From positions 53,097 to 117,096 of the forward strand of contig VRVR01000030.1 of the NCBI GenBank assembly GCA_009859145.1: 64,000 bases of DNA, written 5' to 3'. Each line of letters starts with the position of its first letter. Positions within the stretch are counted from its first letter, which is position 1. The position numbers and the translations under genes were made by a program. This document shows, one piece after another, positions 8,997-18,128 of this stretch. The notes under the pieces were generated by a model. The model was not told the origin of the DNA. It saw only the letters and a program-made list of their open reading frames with translations, and did not search any database. Source of the DNA: Andalucia godoyi And28. Lineage: Eukaryota > Protista > Jakobida.

Positions 8997-11783
8997 ATGG
9001 TGAACGTAGCCTCGCTGATGCTACTGTTTGTAACCGTGGCTGCAGTTCAAGCAACGAGTCCAAACTGGGGATCTGGAAGTCCCATGGTTTCGGTGAGCAA
9101 GATCAGCGAGAACGCCTTGGTGTCGACGGGCCAGGAGACATCTGGATTTACTGCACGACTGAGTCCTACAGGAAACAGACTGTTTGCTGCATTCATGCGA
9201 CAAACAGCGGCTGGATTTGTGCTGAGTGTCGCTGTGTACGACCAAAATGCAACGAAGCTGACGTTTCCAAACGTGCCTTCCACCCCGCCGTTTCCGATAT
9301 TCAATGCCACAACGAATGCAAATGATATTAACTTCATGGACATCACGGTCTTCACCGATGACAGCTTCATGGTGACGTCAAATGCCGCAAACACCGCACA
9401 GTACAAGTCGGCAACTTACGACTCGGCTTCGAATACTTGGACTGTTCAAGAATCGTCGTACATGACACTGACCGCAACGACTCCGGATTACTACAGCGTA
9501 GCTGATCAGACGGTGGTAAGCGATCTTCTTTTCATTCCAACGGGCAAGACTGTCGGAACTTCGCGTTACGAAGGAGTCACTCTGTTCTCATGGACTGCTA
9601 GCTCGCATGATTTGCTGGCCTCGCGAAATGCAACCTACGGAGTGACGGTCGGAGACAGAAAACCATGCGCAGATGTGAATGGATCAATCCAGTACGCAGC
9701 AGGTGCAACTGCTGCGCACATCTGGTTTGTCTGCCGAAGCTGCGTCCGCGCAGATCCAACAAAACCGTGTGCGTACACTTTTGAATTAAGAAGTTTCAAG
9801 AGAACGACCGCATCGCCCCTCGTCTACAACATGCAGTCTCCGACTCAGACAGTTCTGCTGACGCTCTCGCGCACGCTGACAGACGTCGAGTCCAGAAATG
9901 ACATCACTGAAGCCTCCATTTTCACAAATGACGACTGGCTGGGCGTTTCCATCACTGTGCCATTCGTCGCAAATCCTCAAAGTACATTCGCCACCTCTGT
10001 CTTTGCATTCGCGTTTACGGGGCAGCCAAACAGTCCTCTGAATGTGCAGTCCACAGTCCTCTGGAACGCCACCGTATCTCTCACGAGTACTGAAGCGACC
10101 TATCCTCCCGACTCCTTCTCCTTCGGCCAGAAGACCCTGGCGTGCCGCATCAACAAGGACAAAACAGCGCTCTTTCAGTATAACACTGCTACCCATGCCT
10201 TTCCAGCGCTGTCGCAAGCCAACCGTGTGATGATGCTGAATCCGACATCATCATCTCCGGACACTACTTCTACAGCGGTAAGTCCCGTCGTTCTGCAGCC
10301 GGGATCGCCCTACGCAGTCTCCTACGTGTATGACTCTTCCCCATCAAGGAACAGGCTTCTGGTCTACTCGCAGTACGCATGCGCAGCCGGAAGCGCGTTC
10401 GTGTTGCTCAATGCCACTCAGTATCAGTTTGACTGTGTACTTTGCAGTGCCGGCACCGTATCGACAGTGGACCAACAAGAGTGCTCTTCGTGTGGTATCA
10501 TGCAATATCAGTCGAATCCAGGCCAAAGTGCATGCATCGCATGTCCACAGGGATTCTACTCACCTGCAAACCGCACAGCGTGTTATGGATGTCCGCCCGG
10601 CACCAAACTGCAGCCAACTGTCGGTTTCTGCGAGGCATGTGCAGGAGGCACGTTCCAAAATCAGTGGGCACAGCTTGAGTGCAAAGAGTGTCCCGCAGGA
10701 AGCTATCGCTTCGAAACTGGGTCGGCAAACTGTTCGTCATGTCCGGCAGGCTCGTACAACAGCAATACCGGCCAGCGCAGCTGCACTCGATGCGAAGCCG
10801 GATATTATCAGCCCGGACAAGGGAAAACGAGTGTGCTCGACTGTCTCTCATGTGCTCCAGGAAATTACTCCCCAGTCTCGGGATCTGAGATGTGCAGCCC
10901 CTGTCAGCAGGGGACGTATTCCAATTTGTATGGATTGACGAGCTGCCTCACTTGCGCGGTTGGAACCTACCAGTCTCTCACTGGACAGTCTTCGATCACA
11001 GCTTGCAAGAGCTGTGCTGCAGGAACTTATTCTGCTTCGCAGGGAGCTTCTTCATGCACTTTGTGTCCGCAAGGGACATATTCAGATGCTTCGGAGTCCA
11101 CTTCGTGCAAAACATGCGCTCCGGGCTACAGAAGCCTTTCCAGCGGACTCGCCTCTTCCACCGCGTGCAACGCCCCCGATGACACCCTGGTCTCGCTGTA
11201 CCAGATTGCTATTGGAGCGTTCTCTTCACTGTGTGTCGCGTTCGCCGGACTGATTTTCCGACGCTACATGACCGGAATCATTCTGTTTATTTACAAGCAG
11301 AAACTGAAGAATGCAGAAAAAGAGTGCCATGCATTCCAGAGCCAGCTGGTCATTCCAGTCGCCCCGACGGAAAGCCAGAGCCCGTCTGCCGCGTCTGCCC
11401 ACGGAACACAGAAGATTCATGCCACCTACGACTCCACAATCGAAATGGTTGAGACAAAGCCCAGCGACATGTTTGGCAACTACGTAGAGGCGAGTATGGA
11501 GATAGACAGCAAATCCACTGACGCTGAATCGCCGGATCATGCTTTCCCCGTCAGCGCCGAAATGCAGCTCATGGAAGAGTATTTGAATAACTATCGAAGA
11601 GCTGTTCGCATGCTTCGATTCCAAAGCACTGCCCAAAAGATGTTGCGAGCACAAACTCCGGTCAAATCATTCCTCGTGACGCTCTGTCTGTTCATCGGTC
11701 TGTTTGGATCTATCGCAGGAATCATTGCCTTTTCAATCCTGCTGAACAATGAAAAGGATTATTCCAGTTCCGTGAACTCATAG
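8997..11783 (+). CDS. Cys-rich cell-surface protein with signal peptide and two TM segments; paralog B of 2887-5775
   Basis: Shares motifs with paralog A: PNWGSGSP/PSWGNGNP, TVFTDDSF/TVFSDDSF, YGVTVGDRKPC/YGITAGDRKPC, PDSFSFGQK/PDSFSFGEK; same CxxC repeat array and same two-TM C-terminus. Confidence 0.85.
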   Translation: MVNVASLMLLFVTVAAVQATSPNWGSGSPMVSVSKISENALVSTGQETSGFTARLSPTGNRLFAAFMRQTAAGFVLSVAVYDQNATKLTFPNVPSTPPFPIFNATTNANDINFMDITVFTDDSFMVTSNAANTAQYKSATYDSASNTWTVQESSYMTLTATTPDYYSVADQTVVSDLLFIPTGKTVGTSRYEGVTLFSWTASSHDLLASRNATYGVTVGDRKPCADVNGSIQYAAGATAAHIWFVCRSCVRADPTKPCAYTFELRSFKRTTASPLVYNMQSPTQTVLLTLSRTLTDVESRNDITEASIFTNDDWLGVSITVPFVANPQSTFATSVFAFAFTGQPNSPLNVQSTVLWNATVSLTSTEATYPPDSFSFGQKTLACRINKDKTALFQYNTATHAFPALSQANRVMMLNPTSSSPDTTSTAVSPVVLQPGSPYAVSYVYDSSPSRNRLLVYSQYACAAGSAFVLLNATQYQFDCVLCSAGTVSTVDQQECSSCGIMQYQSNPGQSACIACPQGFYSPANRTACYGCPPGTKLQPTVGFCEACAGGTFQNQWAQLECKECPAGSYRFETGSANCSSCPAGSYNSNTGQRSCTRCEAGYYQPGQGKTSVLDCLSCAPGNYSPVSGSEMCSPCQQGTYSNLYGLTSCLTCAVGTYQSLTGQSSITACKSCAAGTYSASQGASSCTLCPQGTYSDASESTSCKTCAPGYRSLSSGLASSTACNAPDDTLVSLYQIAIGAFSSLCVAFAGLIFRRYMTGIILFIYKQKLKNAEKECHAFQSQLVIPVAPTESQSPSAASAHGTQKIHATYDSTIEMVETKPSDMFGNYVEASMEIDSKSTDAESPDHAFPVSAEMQLMEEYLNNYRRAVRMLRFQSTAQKMLRAQTPVKSFLVTLCLFIGLFGSIAGIIAFSILLNNEKDYSSSVNS

Positions 11784-12182
11784 TGTGTGCTTCATGGCCT
11801 CATTCGATTGTGGATTAATTACCTTTCCTTCTCCTATTTCTCTTTCCTCCGTTGTTCTTTCGCCAATCGTAAAAAAAATCTCCAAAGGAAAAAGGCCCCT
11901 TCCAAATGCTCAATCGTGTACTCATTGCGATTTTGCGAAAGAGATTTGGTCAAAAACAGACACGAATATTTTTATTTTACCCGAAACCCGAAAACGCATT
12001 TCGCACAAATTTTTTCCTATTTATACATTTCTTCATTACTTTCTTCAGTGTTTTTTCTTTTCTTTTTGTTTCTTGTTTGTTTCTGTTTTAATCAGAGACA
12101 ATAAGTTTGTGAAAGAGGGGGGGAAAAAGGGGAAAAAAGGGAAAAAAAAAAAAAGAACAGAAGAAGAACGACGCGACAGAAA

Positions 12183-14984
12183 ATGAGTACGACGTTACAA
12201 GCCGGAGTGTTTTTCGACTGCAATTCCACGACTCCGACGCTGCCGCATGCTGCTGATGCGGCGTTGCAGGCTATGCAGATCATGTTTGGCAATCCGTCGT
12301 CACATCATTTAGTTGGTCTGCAGGCCAAACATACTTTGGAGAACTCGCGGAGAGTCGCTGCTGCGCTGCTGAAAACCTCTCCAGAGTGCATTGTGTTCAC
12401 ATCGGGAGCGACAGAAGCGATCCAGCTTGCAGTCTTGTCTGTGTTGCAGCATATTTCAACGCAGAGTCCGAGCGAGATGTGCGAACTGTTGTATCTTGAC
12501 ATTGAACACAAGGCTGTTCCGCAGGCTCTGCACTACTGGAACAAAACACTGAAGCTTCCGTGCCGAGTGGTGCCGATTCCTGTGAATGCAAAAGGAAAGG
12601 CAGATCTTGTGTTCCTCCGGGAACATGCACCGCATGCACGCATGGTGTGCACAATGGCTGTGAACAACGAAACTGGCGTGATCCAGGATCTGAGTGCCAT
12701 CTCGACTGTCCTGGCAGAGACGAACAGCCGTGCGCTGTGGTTTGTGGACGGAGTGCAGGCACTCGGGAAGCTTCCTATTGATCTTTCCGAGGACAATGAT
12801 AGAATGCCAAAGAAGATCGACTACATGTGTGCATCACTCCACAAGGTATACGGCCCGAAGGGCTGCGGTTTCTTATACATGAGAAAGGGAGTTCCTCTTT
12901 CTCCGTTGATTGTTGGCGGTGGGCAAGAGAGTGGAAAGCGTTCTGGTACGGAAAACTTGCCAGGCGTGGCTGCTCTAGGTTCCGTCCTCATAGGATTCCT
13001 GCCTGATGCGGATCGCAGTAAGTTTTCTGCTTCCGAAGATGCAAAGAAGTTTCATTTCCAGTCCGATGAAACACTGTGCAAGTTCCGTGACTGCATTGTG
13101 CGACATTTGAAAGAAGTGTTCCCGAAGATCATCTTCATCACTCCGTTTGATTGTTCTGTCCCAACATGCATCAATTTCTCTGTTCCAGGATTCTCGTCCA
13201 AAGAGATCTTGGACATGTTTGATGCTGCGGGTGTTCGGCTGTCTGCTGGGTCCGCGTGTTCTGCGGCCTCCACTGCCCCTTCCCACGTGCTGGTTGCAAT
13301 GGGGATTGATGATGCGGTAGCTCGATCTGCTTGCCGCTTGTCCTTTGGCCCCGCAACGACACAATCGGAAATTGACTTTGGATGCCGTGCCATCAAGGAA
13401 ATCGGAGCAGCACTATCTGGCTCTGGTCTTTTCGACCAATTGATTAATCATGTTGAACATGGAGAATTTGATATTCCGCCACAGTTGCGCCACGGGGTGA
13501 TTCAGTTGCGTGGGTGCGGTGCGTCCAACACGTGGATCATATCCCACCGGCTCTCACGAACGTGCGTTGTGATCGATCCTCTCGGATCAGATGCGATTGC
13601 GGAACGGATTGATTCATTTGTGCATTCTCAGAATCTCAAGGTCATGGCTGTTGTTGACACTCACTCGCATGCAGACCATGCATCTTCCCGTCCTGTTATT
13701 GCCGAGTTCATGAGACATTCATTTGCTTCGCCTGATGGCGCGGTGGATAATCTTGGATGGCCGACGTCCCGAGAGCCGTTTGTGATGGACATCTTTCTTC
13801 AGAATGGAATGAGCGTACCAGCGATCATCTTGGGTCCGCACTGTCGTGAGGTTTGCAGTCATTGCTGTGGTGCAACGTCGAGTCTTATCAATTCGAATCA
13901 CAACAATAACAACAACACCAACAACAACACCACCAACACCAACAACAACAACAACAACAACACCAATAACAACAATAATGAGTGTTCAGTTGCAGCGTTT
14001 GGAGCTTCAGCATCGGTCAGCAGTGATGATGGTACTCATTGCCAGTGTTGTTGTGCAGACGAACCGTCAAACCGCGACACCAATGCCCGTAATAACGAGG
14101 GAGGATGTCCGTGTTTGCCGTCCACGGCCGATAAGCTGCTTGCTGTTGCACGCGTGCCCACTCCTGGTCATACAACAGACTCCGTGACGTTCTTGTACGG
14201 AATTGTTGATTTCCAGACCCGCACTCTCAGTGCAGAGCATGTCATGCAAGCATTCGTTGGCGACACTGTGCTGACCGGCGGTCTGGGTCGGACAAATTTC
14301 TCCACATCGGATCCTGTGGCGCTCTTCCACTCGCTTCGAATGCTCTCCCAAATTTGTGGACCCAACACAATGTTGTGTCCTGCTCACGACTATTCCAATT
14401 CGTTTGCAACGCGATTTGGCGTCGAGTGCCAGGAGAATGCATTGTTGCGCGACTGTGTGGACACCAAAACCGATGTGTCGAGTGCTCTCAAGTCATTCTT
14501 GGTTCGAAAGGAGACTATCGACTTGAATCTGTCGCGACTTGAAGATTCCTTCCAGGGAATGGTGTGTGGTGTCACTCCGACCTCGCTGTGCTCGATGACT
14601 GCGGACATTCAAGTTTCGTGGGCTCAAATGGTGGATCTCATCCAATCCAAAGACTCGTCCCATTTTTGCCTTGTAGACGTGCGGGAATCCCAAGAGTATG
14701 CTGTGTGGAAGCCGTGGGATCGTATGGGCCTTCCGCATCCACCCCGCAATGTTCCCATTTCCCGTTTCGTCAATTTCATGAGTGAAGTCCTGTCGCACAA
14801 ACCGGATACCAACACAAAGTTCATCCTCTTTTGCCGAAGCGGAAATCGTTCGCTGCAGGCCGCAAAGTCTCTCCGACGGATTGGGTTCCCAAATGTCTAT
14901 TCGCTGGAAGGAGGTGTCGCTCTCGGAATTCCAGTCAAGAAGCGTGACCAAGGTGCTGTCGATAACATCATCTTCGAAATCTGA
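12183..14984 (+). CDS. Fusion: class-V PLP cysteine desulfurase (NifS/IscS-like) + MBL-fold persulfide dioxygenase (ETHE1-like) + rhodanese
   Basis: FFDCNSTTP, FTSGATEA, VNNETGVIQ, DGVQALGK, ASLHKVYGPKG (PLP lysine), SAGSACS (catalytic Cys); then DTHSHADH, TPGHT, GDTVL, CPAHDY (MBL motifs); then LVDVRE...FCRSGNRSLQAA...YSLEGG (rhodanese). Confidence 0.92.
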   Translation: MSTTLQAGVFFDCNSTTPTLPHAADAALQAMQIMFGNPSSHHLVGLQAKHTLENSRRVAAALLKTSPECIVFTSGATEAIQLAVLSVLQHISTQSPSEMCELLYLDIEHKAVPQALHYWNKTLKLPCRVVPIPVNAKGKADLVFLREHAPHARMVCTMAVNNETGVIQDLSAISTVLAETNSRALWFVDGVQALGKLPIDLSEDNDRMPKKIDYMCASLHKVYGPKGCGFLYMRKGVPLSPLIVGGGQESGKRSGTENLPGVAALGSVLIGFLPDADRSKFSASEDAKKFHFQSDETLCKFRDCIVRHLKEVFPKIIFITPFDCSVPTCINFSVPGFSSKEILDMFDAAGVRLSAGSACSAASTAPSHVLVAMGIDDAVARSACRLSFGPATTQSEIDFGCRAIKEIGAALSGSGLFDQLINHVEHGEFDIPPQLRHGVIQLRGCGASNTWIISHRLSRTCVVIDPLGSDAIAERIDSFVHSQNLKVMAVVDTHSHADHASSRPVIAEFMRHSFASPDGAVDNLGWPTSREPFVMDIFLQNGMSVPAIILGPHCREVCSHCCGATSSLINSNHNNNNNTNNNTTNTNNNNNNNTNNNNNECSVAAFGASASVSSDDGTHCQCCCADEPSNRDTNARNNEGGCPCLPSTADKLLAVARVPTPGHTTDSVTFLYGIVDFQTRTLSAEHVMQAFVGDTVLTGGLGRTNFSTSDPVALFHSLRMLSQICGPNTMLCPAHDYSNSFATRFGVECQENALLRDCVDTKTDVSSALKSFLVRKETIDLNLSRLEDSFQGMVCGVTPTSLCSMTADIQVSWAQMVDLIQSKDSSHFCLVDVRESQEYAVWKPWDRMGLPHPPRNVPISRFVNFMSEVLSHKPDTNTKFILFCRSGNRSLQAAKSLRRIGFPNVYSLEGGVALGIPVKKRDQGAVDNIIFEI

Positions 14985-15284
14985 TTCGATTTCGTTGCAC
15001 GCTTTGTCTTCCCGTCTTGTTAATACTGTTGTTGGTTGATTTTGTACGTTGTTTTTGTCGTGCTACATTCTTTTTCATAATCTTTGTCTTTTATTTTTTC
15101 GTATTCGAATATCGTTTTCTTCTTCTGTCGTAAAAAAATACGTCCGATCAAAAAAAAAATGCGGCTGTTGTAGTTGCTGTTCCGGGGCATTTCCCGGCGC
15201 CTTTGCTTTTCATACTTCCTTTTGTGGCAATTTTGTAATTTTTTGAAAATATTTAACAATGTTTCGACAAGGTGTACATAGAGT

Positions 15285-17120
15285 ATGTCGGCAATTGCAA
15301 AAGCCCTTTCAGCAGGCAAGAAGGCGTCTGCTGTTTCTTCTGGAGGTCTCAAGCCATCCACGCCTTCTTCTCCGGCCGTGACGAATCCGGCATTTCGCCC
15401 AACCATCGCAGGGAGCTCCAGCACCAGTGGTATTAACAATAGTGGTAGTGGTGTTTTCCCAAGTGGCTCGCAACGCTCTGACCATTCGGATGCGCTTGGT
15501 TCGACACAGCGGACTTCTCAGCACACGGGGTCTCTGCAATCGCGACAACCCGGAACGGAGTTGAATGCGGATCATAATGTGTCCCAAGTATTTCCTTCCG
15601 GCGTGCTGGTCGAAACACAGCATCAGACATTGGGTTCGTCGGCAAGTGCAGCACCGGGAACGGTCGTTCAAAGTCAGCCAATGCGATCTGGAGCGGGCGT
15701 TGGGCTTACTTCACGGGCTGAAGGGCAGTTCCGGCCCAATGTTCCCAGCGGGGGGGCGCTGGACTCATTGGACGCAGCAAATGCACAGGCTGCACATCGC
15801 CGACGTATTTCACGACATGTTGAAGACCCGTCTCGATCATTGCATGCAGATCACCACACCACTGCTGCAGCTCCACAGGCGATCCAGCATGACCCAAGCC
15901 AGCGGGGCTATGAACAACAGGCTATTGAAGGAAGTAATGGAATCACAAGCAGCGGTAACCGCGATCATCACCACAACGGCCATGAAGAGGATGATGACAA
16001 TATTTCGGTGTCATCAAATGCTGTCAACAAACAGCGAAGCAGTGCGCTGAGTCGAAAGCGAATGCTGGACCCCACTACCGCGACCTTGTTTGATTTTGCG
16101 ACAACTGTCACGGAAGGTGAGCTTACTGCAGCGGAACGGAAGCGGCGAGAAGCAAAACGTCTGCGGATCAAAGATCGTGCAACTGGACGCAACCTCGGAG
16201 CAGGTGCGGTTCCCGGCGGGCTTGGAGAAGGAGATGCTGGCGGCGCTGGAGGTGTTGGCAATGAAGATGACGACGACAACAACGACGATGATGATCATGA
16301 TGATGATCATGGTTCAGTGAGCGGGCTTCGTGGTTCTGACCGAGGTGGATTGGGTGGCTCACTGTCCGCGGCTGCAGGGTCGTCGTCGCTGGTCGGTGGA
16401 AACACTGGCGGGTCCGCTTCTGCTACTTCGATGCCAACGTTCCCGCAGCCGGTGTTTGGGCCGCAGCTCAAGATTGTGAATGGCAAGTTGGTTCTTGACG
16501 AGTCTTCGTTGGTTATTCGAACGGAGGCAAACCAACTGGATGAATCTGTGCTAGAGCGCGTTGAAGAAACACGTCGGAGAATCACCTCCGCCACGTTCCT
16601 TCGACATAAACCCGGTCCCCGCTGGTCCGCAGACGAGACCGAGCGATTCTATCGGATGCTTTCGATGTTCGGAACCGACTTCACGATTCTGCAAAGACTG
16701 TTCCCCAATCGCACTCGCCGACAAATTAAGAGCAAGTTCACCAGGGAAGACAAGATGAATCCTGGCCGGCTCGATGATGCGCTCCGTACGCCAATTCCTG
16801 CGGGCGAAGAGGAGTTGCGAATGCTTGAAGAATCGCTTCGAGCACATGCGTCGCATTCTGTTCGTTCATCGGATCCTGCAAACGGTGCTGCGGGGCCTTC
16901 TGCAAGAGACACTGCGGAAGAAGAAGAAGATGGTGATGAAGAAGAGGATGGTGAAGAAGAAGAAGAAGAAGTTGGCGACAGTGCTGGTGGAAGTGGAGGG
17001 CGACAGCCTGGGCCTGGACTTGGGCTTCGACCGTCTGCCATCGAAAACACCAGTAACGGCAGTCGTAATGCACGTGGCAATGGTAACGAATACGACGAGG
17101 ACATTCCTCAGGTTCGATAG
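15285..17120 (+). CDS. BDP1: TFIIIB B'' subunit Bdp1 (SANT/Myb domain)
   Basis: GPQLKIVNGKLVLDESSLVI...ITSATF...RWSADETERFYRMLSMFGTDFTILQRLFPNRTRRQIKSKFTREDKMNP is the characteristic Bdp1 core. Confidence 0.9.
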   Translation: MSAIAKALSAGKKASAVSSGGLKPSTPSSPAVTNPAFRPTIAGSSSTSGINNSGSGVFPSGSQRSDHSDALGSTQRTSQHTGSLQSRQPGTELNADHNVSQVFPSGVLVETQHQTLGSSASAAPGTVVQSQPMRSGAGVGLTSRAEGQFRPNVPSGGALDSLDAANAQAAHRRRISRHVEDPSRSLHADHHTTAAAPQAIQHDPSQRGYEQQAIEGSNGITSSGNRDHHHNGHEEDDDNISVSSNAVNKQRSSALSRKRMLDPTTATLFDFATTVTEGELTAAERKRREAKRLRIKDRATGRNLGAGAVPGGLGEGDAGGAGGVGNEDDDDNNDDDDHDDDHGSVSGLRGSDRGGLGGSLSAAAGSSSLVGGNTGGSASATSMPTFPQPVFGPQLKIVNGKLVLDESSLVIRTEANQLDESVLERVEETRRRITSATFLRHKPGPRWSADETERFYRMLSMFGTDFTILQRLFPNRTRRQIKSKFTREDKMNPGRLDDALRTPIPAGEEELRMLEESLRAHASHSVRSSDPANGAAGPSARDTAEEEEDGDEEEDGEEEEEEVGDSAGGSGGRQPGPGLGLRPSAIENTSNGSRNARGNGNEYDEDIPQVR

Positions 17121-18128
17121 ATGAGCGGGTCGTCTAAAAATTGTTTTAAAAAACATAAAACAACATTGTACAGTTTATTCTCTCGCGACGCGCCGTACCC
17201 GCTCGTCAAAACATGAATCATTATTGACCGTCGGGCTAAGCTGTCACCGAAGACAGATCCAAGCCACGTGCTTTTATTATTAGGGGCGAGTACCAACTCT
17301 GCATAAAAGGGTCATCGCAACCAACACATTCCCCAATCGATTCAATATTCAAAAAAATGACCGTTTGGAGGAAACAGGACGTGGTCGGCGCTGTCACACA
17401 TTGCGCCAACGACGCTTTTGCCATTGCTCCTTCTTGTTCTCTGACTTAAAGCGCATTCCGAACGCAATCGATCACATCTTCGTGAATTTAAAATGTCTTG
17501 CTCTCCGCCTCCGACGAGAAGGGAATCAACGGGTTTCTTGGTTCTCGGCATCTTCGGAGCATGGCCGGTTTGCGTTTTTCGGGAAGATCCCTCTTTGGAG
17601 CCATGAGATCCTTTGTCTTTGTCTTTGTCTTTGTCTTTGTCTTTGATGAAAGGTGCTGCTTGAGGGTTCGGTTATGAAAAGACATAAAACAAACAGAAAG
17701 AATAATAGAAAGACAGACCAAAACGTGAAGAACGACGAAATTCTGGACCGGACTACGGTAGGAAAATTGCGGCTCCAAAGGGGTTTGATAGAAAACAAAC
17801 TCCCCGATATGATTGATGTTGTTTGACGTTCAACGTGAGTCCTGGATTCTCCATCAGTCGTCGTCATTGTGGGGGAGTCATTTCACATTGCCTCAACGAC
17901 CCACCCGGAAAAAATTCAAGGTTGAACCAGCTCAAAGGGAATACTGCACAAGCATGCTTTTGGTGCCACCAAGCTTTCGATAAGCTCCTTTTCCTTCCTA
18001 TTGTTTACAATTTATACATTCATGACTTTATATTTTAAATTTTTTGGTCCTTCTTGTTTTACCCATTCTTGAATCAGGTTTTGGTCTTCGCTATTGAGCA
18101 ATTCTTAACCTCAGAAGGACAAGCGAAA

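Noticed and set aside
12183-13430. Calling the fusion gene the mitochondrial Nfs1/IscS
   Set aside because: No presequence, no Nfs1-type C-terminal region (SPL...W), and it is fused to MBL and rhodanese domains, so no symbol was assigned.
17340-17870. Overlapping short minus-strand ORFs around a (TTGTCT)n repeat
   Set aside because: The frames are kept open by the microsatellite; no consistent splice model or domain was found.
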